64,000 nucleotides of DNA. It comes from Thermodesulfovibrionales bacterium. Its GTDB lineage: Bacteria; Nitrospirota; Thermodesulfovibrionia; Thermodesulfovibrionales; SM23-35. The stretch covers positions 160,001-224,000 of the forward strand of contig CAVQRT010000002.1 in NCBI GenBank assembly GCA_963715195.1, written 5' to 3'. A program made the position numbers and the translations under genes. Within the stretch, counting starts at the first letter, position 1. Each line of letters opens with the position of its first letter. This document shows positions 8,709 through 18,259 of this stretch, piece after piece. Under the pieces are notes generated by a model. That model saw only the letters and a list, made by a program, of their open reading frames with translations. It had not been told where the DNA came from and did no database searches.

Positions 8709-10115
8709 TCACAGGGCCGTGTGAGCAATGATCAGGTTACGTCCTTTTGCCTTGGCTTCGTAGAGGGCATTATCTGCGAAGTTGATCAGGTCATCAGCAT
8801 TCTGAATTCTCTGGTCAGGAAGACAGGCTATCCCAAAACTTACGGTGATTCTCTGCCCCTCATGCAGCTGCATCAGTTGAGTTTCCTTCACCACCTTCTG
8901 GATTCTCCTGGCTTCGATGAGCGCACCTTTCAGAGATGTCTGGGGAAGGAGTATGATGAATTCCTCTCCTCCGTAGCGTGCCACCAGATCGGACTTCCTC
9001 GTATGCCGTTTGACAAGTTGGGCAAACTCTCTAAGAACAAAATCTCCGACCCTGTGTCCATAAGAATCGTTGATCTTTTTGAAATGGTCGATGTCGAGCA
9101 TAATACAACTGAGCGGCATCTGATAACGTCCCGCCCTGCTGAATTCCTCTTCAAGACGGGAGTAAAAGTACCGGATGTTATAAATCCCAGTGAGATAATC
9201 CGTTACGGCCAGCTTCTCGAGCCTTGCCTTTTCCTGGGAGAGTTTCTGATACAGGAAAGCATTGTAGAGGGCGTGAGACGATGCATTCGCAAGCGCAACA
9301 CAGAGTTGTATCTCCCTCTTCGTAAAAGCGTGGTTGGCCCTCGAAGTCCTCAGCAGCATGGTACCGATTATCTCTTCACGAAAGAATATTGGGATGACAA
9401 GGATTGACCGGATGCCAAGCGGCGCGATGAGTTCCCTCACGTTCTTCATGAGCGGGTCCTTCTGGGCATCCTGAATAACAACAGGCTTTCTGCTTGATAA
9501 AACGCTTCTGATTTCAGGGTACTTCTCGAGATCCAGTCGGATGTTGGTAATCATGGGGTCCTCGAATGTCGAGATTACCTGGGCATACCGCTCATCTTCT
9601 GCATTGATGCTAATCATCGAGCATCTCGTCACTTTCAGAATCTCCGATATTTTCTTAACGACAAGATAGAGCACCTCTTTCGGGTTGAGTGTCGACGAGG
9701 CAAGGGAGGTGAGTTCCAGGAGAGCTTGCAAATCTTTTCTGTCTCTGTACAGGCTTTCGATAAGACTCCTTTTGTCTATGAGTGTTTTCAGCTTGTAGTC
9801 GAGCTCTTCCTTGTAAAACGGACTGACCAAATAACACTCAACATCGGATTTTATGGCTGAATGTATGCCTTTTGTTTCATCCTTCGAGATAACGGCGATG
9901 ACCGGACAGGAAATTTCAGAAGTCTGTAATTCACCGATCCCGTCAGGACTGCTGATGATCAGGACATCAGGCTTTTTTGCCTCGATTTCCTGCTGTAAGG
10001 TATGCCTGCCTTTTCTGAAAAAGTGGACTGAATAGTGCTTTTTTTCCCGAAAGAATGATTTGAGAAATCGTATGACATCCTTGTTTTCTTCGTATACCAG
10101 TATTGTTTTTTCCAT
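8709..10115 (-). CDS. Diguanylate cyclase (degenerate receiver - GAF - GGDEF)
   Basis: DIDHFKKINDSYGH and RKSDLVARYGGEEF (I-site RxxD present); GAF-like middle region; REC-like N-terminus without an obvious phospho-acceptor Asp. Confidence 0.9.
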   Translation of the reverse strand: MEKTILVYEENKDVIRFLKSFFREKKHYSVHFFRKGRHTLQQEIEAKKPDVLIISSPDGIGELQTSEISCPVIAVISKDETKGIHSAIKSDVECYLVSPFYKEELDYKLKTLIDKRSLIESLYRDRKDLQALLELTSLASSTLNPKEVLYLVVKKISEILKVTRCSMISINAEDERYAQVISTFEDPMITNIRLDLEKYPEIRSVLSSRKPVVIQDAQKDPLMKNVRELIAPLGIRSILVIPIFFREEIIGTMLLRTSRANHAFTKREIQLCVALANASSHALYNAFLYQKLSQEKARLEKLAVTDYLTGIYNIRYFYSRLEEEFSRAGRYQMPLSCIMLDIDHFKKINDSYGHRVGDFVLREFAQLVKRHTRKSDLVARYGGEEFIILLPQTSLKGALIEARRIQKVVKETQLMQLHEGQRITVSFGIACLPDQRIQNADDLINFADNALYEAKAKGRNLIIAHTAL

Positions 10116-10185
10116 TGCTGAAACTATAGCAAAAACAATGCGAAATGTCGATGATTTGACCTTGAATTATACTCACCTGAATTAT

Positions 10186-11898
10186 TTATTTTTTCAATGC
10201 ATGCATAAGCGAACGGTAGTTAAGGGTATTCAAAACATCCGTTTTTTCAAGCCACCCCCTCCGCGCCATCGAAACTCCATACTCCATATAATCGAACTGA
10301 TTTACCATGTGAGTATCTGTGCTGATGACAAGCCGTACCTGCATCTCCCTCGCTTTTCTCGCGTAGACATCATTAAGATCGAGTCTGAAGGGATAGGCAT
10401 TGATCTCTATGGCAGTTCCTGTTTGGTGAGCGGCCCTGAGCACCTCGGGCATATCCACATCATACGGATCCCTCTCCCCGATCAGTCTGCCGGTAGGATG
10501 TGCAATGACAGACACATAGGGATTACGCATGGCAGATACCAGCCGTTTCGTAATCTGTTCTTTGCTCTGCCTGAAACCCGAATGGATTGAGGCTACAACA
10601 ATATCCATCTGCTTGAGGATTTCATCGTCAAAATCCATGCGCCCGTCACCCCGTATGTCAACCTCAACTCCTGCAAGTACTTTGAATCCCTTCAGTTTCT
10701 TGTTCAGAGCTGCTATTGCCGTCTTCTCCTCGATGAGTTTCTCCTCGCTCAGCCCTCGCGCGATCCCGAGCCCCTTGGAATGATCCGTTATTGCTATGTA
10801 TTCATATCCACGCTTTCTGGCCGCCATAATGAGTTCATCAAAATCGTGACTGCCGTCGCTTCGCCTGGTATGAACATGAAGATCACCCCTGATATCGGAG
10901 GAAATGATAAGATGAGGCAGCCGTCCTGCTGCCGCCGCCTCTATCTCACCGGCGTCCTCGCGCAATTCAGGGGCAATAAAGGGCAGCCCGAGCAGCCGGT
11001 ATACTTCTTCCTCGCGCCTGCCACCAAGTTTCTTCTGATCCTTCTCCCTGAATACGCCGTATTCATTAATCTTGAGCCCGGACCTCACCGCCATTTCCCG
11101 TAACCGTATATTATGTGCCTTGCTTCCGGTGAAGTATGCCAGTGCAGCACCGAAACAGTCTTCATCAACAACTCGCAAGTCGACCTGAAGCCCTTCATGG
11201 ACAATAACACTGGATTTTGTGGGGCCGTGCATGATGACCTCTTTTACACCGGGAAGATGAATGAAGGCATTCATAACAGCCTTTGGATTCTTTGATGTGG
11301 CCAATATATCGATATCCTTGACAGTATCTTTCCATCTCCGGATGCTTCCCGCAATCTGGATCTGATTGACCGGTGCATTTTCCCTGAGATCATCCACAAT
11401 TTCCTTAGCAATGGGCAAGACCTTTCCGAGTGGCTGCCTTTCCATTCCCCTTTTCAGCATCTCAATGCCTTTAATGATATGCTCTTCAGTCTTCTCTCTT
11501 ATGCCGGGCAGGCCGGTGAGTTTGTGTTCCCGGGCCAGACGTTCAAGGTCGTGCATATCTTTCACCTGTAATTTCTCAAAAAGCAGTTTTGCGGTCTTCG
11601 GGCCAAGACCGGGGATGGAAAGAAGGAGGCTCAGTCCACCGGGCACCTCTTTCCTAAGATCGTCATAAGCGAGTATTTTCCCGGTCTGGATATACTCCAG
11701 AATCTTGCCCGCCAGATCATGTCCGATGCCGGGAATTTTCAGGAGTTCTCCCTCGGAAGCTGAGGATATATCTGTTGAGAGACTCTCGATATTCAATGCG
11801 GCACGTCGGTAAGCCCTTATTCTGAAAGGGTTTTCACCTTTTATTTCGAGGAGGTCTGCGATCTCATTGAAAATCCTTGTGATCTCCGGATTCTTCAT
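10186..11898 (-). CDS. polX: DNA polymerase/3'-5' exonuclease PolX (PolX plus PHP)
   Basis: [37 protein letters not shown], and PHP motifs DLHVHT, TDHS, AHPTGR, STDTH. Confidence 0.95.
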   Translation of the reverse strand: MKNPEITRIFNEIADLLEIKGENPFRIRAYRRAALNIESLSTDISSASEGELLKIPGIGHDLAGKILEYIQTGKILAYDDLRKEVPGGLSLLLSIPGLGPKTAKLLFEKLQVKDMHDLERLAREHKLTGLPGIREKTEEHIIKGIEMLKRGMERQPLGKVLPIAKEIVDDLRENAPVNQIQIAGSIRRWKDTVKDIDILATSKNPKAVMNAFIHLPGVKEVIMHGPTKSSVIVHEGLQVDLRVVDEDCFGAALAYFTGSKAHNIRLREMAVRSGLKINEYGVFREKDQKKLGGRREEEVYRLLGLPFIAPELREDAGEIEAAAAGRLPHLIISSDIRGDLHVHTRRSDGSHDFDELIMAARKRGYEYIAITDHSKGLGIARGLSEEKLIEEKTAIAALNKKLKGFKVLAGVEVDIRGDGRMDFDDEILKQMDIVVASIHSGFRQSKEQITKRLVSAMRNPYVSVIAHPTGRLIGERDPYDVDMPEVLRAAHQTGTAIEINAYPFRLDLNDVYARKAREMQVRLVISTDTHMVNQFDYMEYGVSMARRGWLEKTDVLNTLNYRSLMHALKK

Positions 11899-12084
11899 AG
11901 AAAAAGTATAGCAAAAAAAAGGTGAACAATCATTACAGGATTCTCTCTGATAAGCTGGCCTTTGTCAGCAGGTTGAATTCGGGAAAATACAAAGAAGGAT
12001 GTGATTTCCCGAAGGAAAACCTGATAATAAAGAACATCCTGTTCAAATGGACGGGAAAAAGGTTTTTATGCCATTTTCCCCCTC

Positions 12085-12117
12085 TTGAAATATGCTCTGG
12101 AAAGAGTAAAATATAAT
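12085..12117 (+). promoter_or_regulatory. Probable sigma-70 promoter of 6S RNA
   Basis: TTGAAA at 12085 and TAAAAT/TATAAT at 12107-12117, just upstream of the RNA. Confidence 0.5.
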
Positions 12118-12128
12118 TAAGAAAAGAG

Positions 12129-12293
12129 ATTGCGAGACCCAGGACGGATTAAACCTGAGGATCAAGCAAATTGATAAGGAAGCGGGAGTCGGATGCGGTG
12201 AGCATGCCTTCAGCAACGAGAAGGAAGCCTGAAGCATCTGCCGAAGCCTCCACGTAAAAGCAAGCTCAAGGTTACCGTTTCTGGGATCGCAAT
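12129..12293 (+). ncRNA. ssrS: 6S RNA
   Basis: About 165-nt rod-like fold. The ends pair (ATTGCGA..CCCAG / CTGGG..TCGCAAT; CGG..AACCTGAG / CTCAAGGTT.CCG), there is a central bubble and an apical stem. It contains CCTGAG, GGTGAGCATGC and TCAAGG-TTAC blocks resembling enterobacterial 6S RNA. Confidence 0.8.
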
Positions 12294-12448
12294 TATAAAA
12301 CGCATTCTGGAGCCATGTAAGGGTTAGCAACCGGCAACCGTAATGGCAAATTCATAACATGCCTTACGGGGGTTACAAGACGGTTAATCCCTTATAATGG
12401 CTCTATTTATTTTCGAAAATCTCCTGTCCAAAAAATACATCTTCCAGG

Positions 12449-13741
12449 TTAATGCTTGAAAGCCCTTTGACCGGTAAAAACCATCGTAACTTTCGGATTT
12501 GCCTCATTGCATGCAATGATTGACTCAAAATCCCTCTCAGAACCACCGGGATTTACTATTGCAGTGACACCTTCCTTCATGCCGACGTCAACACCATCTC
12601 TAAAAGGGAAGAACGCATCAGATATCATGACAGAGCCGATCAGACCCCCCTTCTGCTCCCTCGCGTCTGCATCAATCTTCATCAGGTCAGGCCTGTTCCG
12701 TTTGCCGTTACGGACATCAAGCTCGAATGTCTTGTACGGGATGCCATACTGCCGGAAACACAGTGCATCGGCATATTTCGTATACGCCTTGAAGACCGCA
12801 ACCTCTGCAACGCCGACCCTGTCTTGCTCACCGGTGCCTATTCCAACTGTTACACCGTCTTTTACATAGATAACTGAGTTTGAGGTAATCCCCTGCTCCA
12901 CGTTCCAGCCAAAGAGCATATCGTCATATTCCCTGTCAGTCGGCTGCCGCTCGATGATATATTCCTTACCCTGGTAAATTGTCCTGGCGGCTAAAAAATC
13001 ATCCTTCGATCGTATCTTGTTTACAGGGGACTGCTGAACAATAATGCCACCGTCCATCAATGACTTGAAATCGACGAAGCGCATATTCCTGTAAGTCTGC
13101 AATTGATCGATTCTGCTCACCCTGATGATCCTCAAGTTCCTGCGTTTTGCCAATACCGGGATCGTGCCCTCCTCAAATTCGGGTGCAGCTACTACCTCGA
13201 GATAATTCCTGCTGACCATTTCAGCGGTATCTCTGTCCATGGCTCTGTTCAGGACGAGACAGCCACCAAATGCCGCTATCCTGTCCGCCATATTGGCTTT
13301 ATCGTATGCATCAGACAGATTCTTCCCGTATGCCGCACCGCATGGATTATTATGTTTGAGAATCACAGCAGCAGGACGGTCCGTTAGGTATTTGATAATA
13401 TTGAGACCATTATCAAGATCCGTCAGATTTGTCTTGCCGGGGTGTTTGCCTGCCTGAATCATATCCTCTTCAGAAATGCTGCTGACGAGTCCATTCCCCG
13501 GCTGAATAAACTGGCAGGCACCGAGAATCAGATTTCCGTTGACCAGTTCATAGAGTGCTGCTTCCTGCTCAGGATTTTCACCGTACCGGAGACCTTTTTC
13601 GATCAGTTCTCCGGATTTCTCATCAGGTATCTTCCACGTCCTTTTTCGGTATACCAATGTCTGGTCGCCAAACCTGATGATCATCTCATTCGGGAAATGG
13701 TCGGCCATAATCGTCCGGTACATCTTTTTTATATCTGACAT
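12449..13741 (-). CDS. PurH-like protein, AICAR-transformylase-type domain only (no N-terminal IMP cyclohydrolase/MGS domain)
   Basis: LRYGENPEQ, KHNNPCG, AAFGG, SDAFFPFRDG and NPGGSERD motifs; begins shortly before LRYGENP. Confidence 0.85.
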   Translation of the reverse strand: MSDIKKMYRTIMADHFPNEMIIRFGDQTLVYRKRTWKIPDEKSGELIEKGLRYGENPEQEAALYELVNGNLILGACQFIQPGNGLVSSISEEDMIQAGKHPGKTNLTDLDNGLNIIKYLTDRPAAVILKHNNPCGAAYGKNLSDAYDKANMADRIAAFGGCLVLNRAMDRDTAEMVSRNYLEVVAAPEFEEGTIPVLAKRRNLRIIRVSRIDQLQTYRNMRFVDFKSLMDGGIIVQQSPVNKIRSKDDFLAARTIYQGKEYIIERQPTDREYDDMLFGWNVEQGITSNSVIYVKDGVTVGIGTGEQDRVGVAEVAVFKAYTKYADALCFRQYGIPYKTFELDVRNGKRNRPDLMKIDADAREQKGGLIGSVMISDAFFPFRDGVDVGMKEGVTAIVNPGGSERDFESIIACNEANPKVTMVFTGQRAFKH

Positions 13742-13781
13742 CAGACCCTCCTCACGTCGACTACCAACCGTGCATATCTGT

Positions 13782-14564
13782 TCACTTTTTTACGTATTCC
13801 TTTTTGACCTTGAGCGCATCTTCGAGCAAAAGAAGAAATTTGATATACTGGAATCCCAGTTTCATTAATGCAACATCATCCGTTTTTATCTTTTCCACCA
13901 CATCTTTCTCGATGTCAAAAACATCAAGGAATCTGCTCTCAAAGACATACCTTCTGAACCGGTCGACATCATAAAACGCTGTATAAATCTGAGCCTGCTT
14001 GTTAGAATCAAGTTCCTTCAGAAGGGGATTTCTTCTCAACTGAACCTCTCTCCATTCCCGGTTCATTTCATCATAGAGACTCACCTCCTGGTCATCTTTC
14101 CATGACTGTATGGTCCATTGCGTAGCCTCCAGATACCCGAGGCAGTGCGGTTCACGGATAAAGAAATAAAACTCCTCATTCGCCGGCCCTTTTCCTGTTT
14201 CCTTTCGCATGATCCCCTGCCCGATGGGATAATAACGGCAATTTGCAGGCCTATCTGTATAAATCGTGCAGCCTTCCGGGGTAACAAAGGCGCATTTCTT
14301 CTCCCGGTCATCCAGCATATTCAGTCTTACGAGCGGCTGTTTCGACTTGTCATCAAGTTCCATATGCGTATACTTGTCGAGGAATTCTTCAGAGGATATC
14401 CCCAGCCTTTTTTTCATCCTGATAATATCATATGGGGTGAGAAGGATGTTTATATCGCTGCAGCATTTTGTAAAACACGGTATGCCCGGATGGCACCTGA
14501 ACCGGAACTCTGATTCCAGCGTAAGCTGGGTTGGTTCCACATCTTTCATGCTTGGTAACGGCAT
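13782..14564 (-). CDS. YkgJ family cysteine-cluster (Zn/Fe-chelating) protein
   Basis: CHPGIPCFTKCC, LTPYD, CAF...GCTIYTDRPANCRYYP, HCLG. Confidence 0.88.
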   Translation of the reverse strand: MPLPSMKDVEPTQLTLESEFRFRCHPGIPCFTKCCSDINILLTPYDIIRMKKRLGISSEEFLDKYTHMELDDKSKQPLVRLNMLDDREKKCAFVTPEGCTIYTDRPANCRYYPIGQGIMRKETGKGPANEEFYFFIREPHCLGYLEATQWTIQSWKDDQEVSLYDEMNREWREVQLRRNPLLKELDSNKQAQIYTAFYDVDRFRRYVFESRFLDVFDIEKDVVEKIKTDDVALMKLGFQYIKFLLLLEDALKVKKEYVKK

Positions 14565-14728
14565 TGTTATTCAATCCTTTCTATCTGATTTTCAGCAGTT
14601 CCCTGATCCCAACTTCATCAGTCTGTTTCATATTTATCGATAAAGGCACTTCCAGGGATAAAGCCGATAATGAATGGCTCAATGAAAATACTCACCGGTT
14701 TTCCTGCAAAAAATTTCTCTATTATAAT

Positions 14729-14760
14729 AAAAAAGGCCGGCAGGTATCACTGCCGGCCTT
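14729..14760 (-). terminator. Intrinsic terminator after hppA
   Basis: AAGGCCGGCAG-N6-CTGCCGGCCTT hairpin followed by a T-run on the minus strand. Confidence 0.85.
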
Positions 14761-14775
14761 GAAATCTTCTGAGAA

Positions 14776-16859
14776 CTATATCAGCGGGACAATCAGCAGC
14801 GCAACGATATTGATGACCTTGATCATCGGGTTGATTGCTGGTCCTGCTGTATCCTTATATGGGTCGCCGACGGTGTCACCTGTGACAGCGGCTTTATGTC
14901 CATCGCTCCCTTTCTTGTGCATGACGCCTTTGGAGTCGGTAACGCCTTCTTCAAAGGATTTCTTGGCATTGTCCCATGCACCGCCGCCGCTGGTCATTGC
15001 AATCGCCTGGAACAATCCTGTGATGATACTGCCGATGAGGACTCCTCCGAGCGCCTCCCTGCCTAAAAGCAAACCGACAACGATCGGGGTCACGACAGGA
15101 ATGAGGGCAGGAACCATCATCTGTCTTATCGCACCTTTCGTAACAATATCAACGCACTTGCCATACTCAGGCTTGCCCGTACCTTCCATGATTCCCGGTA
15201 TTTCTCTGAACTGCCTTCTGACCTCTTCAACAATACTACCGGCAGCCTTTCCAACCGCCTCCATCAGAAGAGAGCCAAAATAGTAGGGAAGGAGTCCACC
15301 GATGAAGAGTCCGACAAGTACCAACGGGTTCGAAAGTTCAAATGCAAGTGTGCGTATCCAAAAGACCTCGAATACTCTGCAAAGAGAACCAATGCGGCAA
15401 GACCTGCCGAACCGATCGCATACCCTTTTGTGACAGCCTTTGTCGTATTTCCGACTGCATCCAGCGGGTCAGTGATTTCACGGATCTCTTTCGGAAGCTC
15501 TGCCATTTCTGCGATACCACCTGCATTGTCGGTAATCGGGCCGTATGAGTCAATAGCCACAACAATACCGGTCATTGAGAGCATCGAGACTGCTGACAGA
15601 GCAATTGCAAAAAGTCCTGCAACAGCCTGAGCCGCACTAAGATTGCTGAATCCTCCGGCACCAATATAGAACGCCCAAACAATCGCTCCACAAATTACTA
15701 TGACAGGCGCTCCCGTTGATTTCATACTGACTGCGAGTCCGGCAATAACATTTGTCCCATGGCCGGTAAGGCTCGCCTGTGCAATATGCTGAACAGGCTT
15801 AAAACTGGTGGATGTAAAATACTCGGTAATCATAACAATCAGGCCGGTGAGAAGAAGACCTATCACCGCAGTGAGAAATACCCCCATCTGGGTAAAAGGC
15901 GCAATACCGCCTTCTGGAGTCACACCGGGAAGTCCCAGAAACCATCCGGCTACAATATAGAATGCGATTGCAGCCAGGATACCGGATACTGCCAATCCTT
16001 TATACAGGGCACCCATGATATACTGGCTTTTGCCGAGGCGCACAAAATATGTCCCGATAACAGAAGCCACGATTGAAATGCCACCGATCAGCAAGGGGAA
16101 TTCAACCCACGGACTATCGGCTCCAAAAGCAGTTTTTGCAAGGAGCATGGCTGCAACGAGCGTAACGGTGTAGGTTTCATAAAGGTCAGCTGCCATTCCG
16201 GCACAGTCACCGACGTTGTCACCGACGTTATCTGCGATAACTGCGGGGTTTCTCGGGTCATCCTCCGGAATGCCGGCCTCAACTTTACCGACAAGGTCTG
16301 CACCGACGTCTGCTGCCTTTGTATAAATACCACCGGCGATACGGGCAAAGACGCTCATCAGGGAGCAACCGAACCCAAGACCGACCAGCGCATGAAAGGC
16401 TTCTTCACCTGCTGCAGACTTCGCAATAAAATAGTACCCCGATATTCCAATAATACCCAATCCAACAACCATAATACCGGTAACAGAGCCACCCTTAAAG
16501 GCAACATTTAGGGCTGCAGCAAGTCCCTTATATGCAGCCTGTGTTGTACGGACATTCGATCGTACCGTAACCATCATACCGATATATCCGGCCAGTGCGG
16601 AACCGACCGCCCCGATTATAAACCCGATCGCTATCCACGTGCCCAGAAAAAACAATAATATGGTGATTACCACTCCTACCATTGCAACAGTCGTATATTC
16701 ACGTCTGAGAAAAGCGGTTGCACCTTCACGCACGGCATCCGAAATAGCCTGCATGCGCTCACTCCCCTTATCCTGCTTAAGAACCCATGATGCGGTAATC
16801 AGGGAATACAGGACACCGAGTGCACCACATGCCAAAGCGAATAGAATTATATTACTCAT
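14776..16859 (-). pseudogene. hppA: Membrane-bound H+-translocating pyrophosphatase, K+-independent type, interrupted by a frameshift near 15345-15375
   Basis: ORF 15264..16859 has [20 protein letters not shown] and [15 protein letters not shown]. The second frame continues [16 protein letters not shown]...GGAWDNAKK...[11 protein letters not shown]. Could be an assembly indel rather than a true pseudogene. Confidence 0.9.
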
Positions 16860-16969
16860 ACATACCCTCCTTTTTTGATCTTACTCAACGAGTTACCAGT
16901 GAAAAGGCAATATTGTTTCTTAACCTTCCACCTCCTCCCTCTCTTTTGATTTCTCTCAAACAGATTTTT

Positions 16970-18238
16970 TCAAGTGATCTCGACATCCCTCTCGGTTGTT
17001 TTTGCAAAAACCATTGCAGTTGCCCTGTAGAGCATGTGTGCCATTTTTGAGAATGGTGCATAGGCAAAGAGGAAAAACACCACGACGAGATGCGAAAAAT
17101 AGATCAGATATGACAGCAATGCCAAATCTGCCAATCTGAACAATTCTGAGAGAATACCGGTAGCCATGACGGCAAAAATAATGTAGATCAAGAGCCAGTC
17201 ATAATAACCGCCTTCTCCGGCCTTTTCCACGTTCTTCTTCCTGTTGTTCATCACCATGAAGATACCAACCAAAAGCCCTAGTGCACTCATATTAGCAAGC
17301 CACTTCATAGGGTCCGATAACGGATATGGTGAGGGACCGAGCAACCACGGATAAGGTGTTTTCCCCATTGCATGCATGATCTCGTAACCATATAAATAGA
17401 GAACCGCCCATGCCGTTGTGACTGCAAGTCCGATGAAACTGAAAAACACAAGCATGTGGGCGAGCTTTCTGGATTTGGTAACATTGCACATTTCAAAGCG
17501 CTTATGAGTCAGAATATCACCGATTGTTGCAGTTATGGCACCTCCTATACTGCCTTTCGGCTTGGTGCCCGCCGCCCGGACCATATCTTTCCAGTACCGG
17601 GAGACCCCGATGGCAAGTGAAACAACGGCAAAGAAAAAAATTGGCACAAAGACACCATCTATATAATACGACTTTATTAACGAGGAGTAAGCGATGTTTC
17701 CAGCTTCATTCCGTATGCTTTCCAGATTCAGATGACCCAGCCCTGCCAGGATTATGAGAAAGATCACAACAGGGACTGCAAGAAGAAGGACGAGAGCGCC
17801 GGGATTCCCGACAGCCTTACCGAGAAAACGGGGAACAGAGTAATTTTCTATAGACATCTTTCTCACAACATTGAGCACTTCTCCCGGTTTCGCACCACGC
17901 GGACAATATGCGGTGCAATCACTGCACTGATGACAGAGCCAGATGTCGGGGTTGCCAAAAAGCTTATCCTTCATTCCCCACTGTGCATAGATCATCTCTT
18001 TTCTGGGGAAAGGGTTATCATCTGGCGTAAGATTGCACACGACGGAGCAGGTTGCACACTGGTAACATTTTTTTAACGACTCCCCGCCACCTTTAATGAT
18101 CGCGTTGACGAACTCCAGATCAGGGCTCATCGTGACACCGGTAAAGGGTTCAGGTGCCTTGGCAACCTCCACCGGAGCCCCAGGCGTTTCAGATTTCTCT
18201 GCTTTTGTTGCTTGGGCTTCTACTTTTTCTTCTGCCAT
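16970..18238 (-). CDS. qmoC: Quinone-interacting membrane-bound oxidoreductase subunit C
   Basis: CYQCATCSVVC and CHQCSDCTAYCP clusters, followed by TM domain with His ligands (AHML, YFSH, KMAHM). Confidence 0.93.
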   Translation of the reverse strand: MAEEKVEAQATKAEKSETPGAPVEVAKAPEPFTGVTMSPDLEFVNAIIKGGGESLKKCYQCATCSVVCNLTPDDNPFPRKEMIYAQWGMKDKLFGNPDIWLCHQCSDCTAYCPRGAKPGEVLNVVRKMSIENYSVPRFLGKAVGNPGALVLLLAVPVVIFLIILAGLGHLNLESIRNEAGNIAYSSLIKSYYIDGVFVPIFFFAVVSLAIGVSRYWKDMVRAAGTKPKGSIGGAITATIGDILTHKRFEMCNVTKSRKLAHMLVFFSFIGLAVTTAWAVLYLYGYEIMHAMGKTPYPWLLGPSPYPLSDPMKWLANMSALGLLVGIFMVMNNRKKNVEKAGEGGYYDWLLIYIIFAVMATGILSELFRLADLALLSYLIYFSHLVVVFFLFAYAPFSKMAHMLYRATAMVFAKTTERDVEIT

Positions 18239-18259
18239 ATCTATACCTCCAATCCTATT

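Noticed and set aside
7406..9407. Long antisense ORFs (e.g. 7406..8083, 8721..9407); similar ones at 24281..25021 and 43613..44299
   Set aside because: They lie opposite well-supported genes and show no motifs or RBS, as expected from codon bias.
11922..12330. ORFs 11922..12116 (+) and 12043..12330 (-)
   Set aside because: No protein-like features; the region is better explained by the 6S RNA and its promoter.
14565..14728. Possible ZTP riboswitch ahead of the ykgJ / purH-like genes
   Set aside because: None of the conserved ZTP aptamer blocks could be found by eye.
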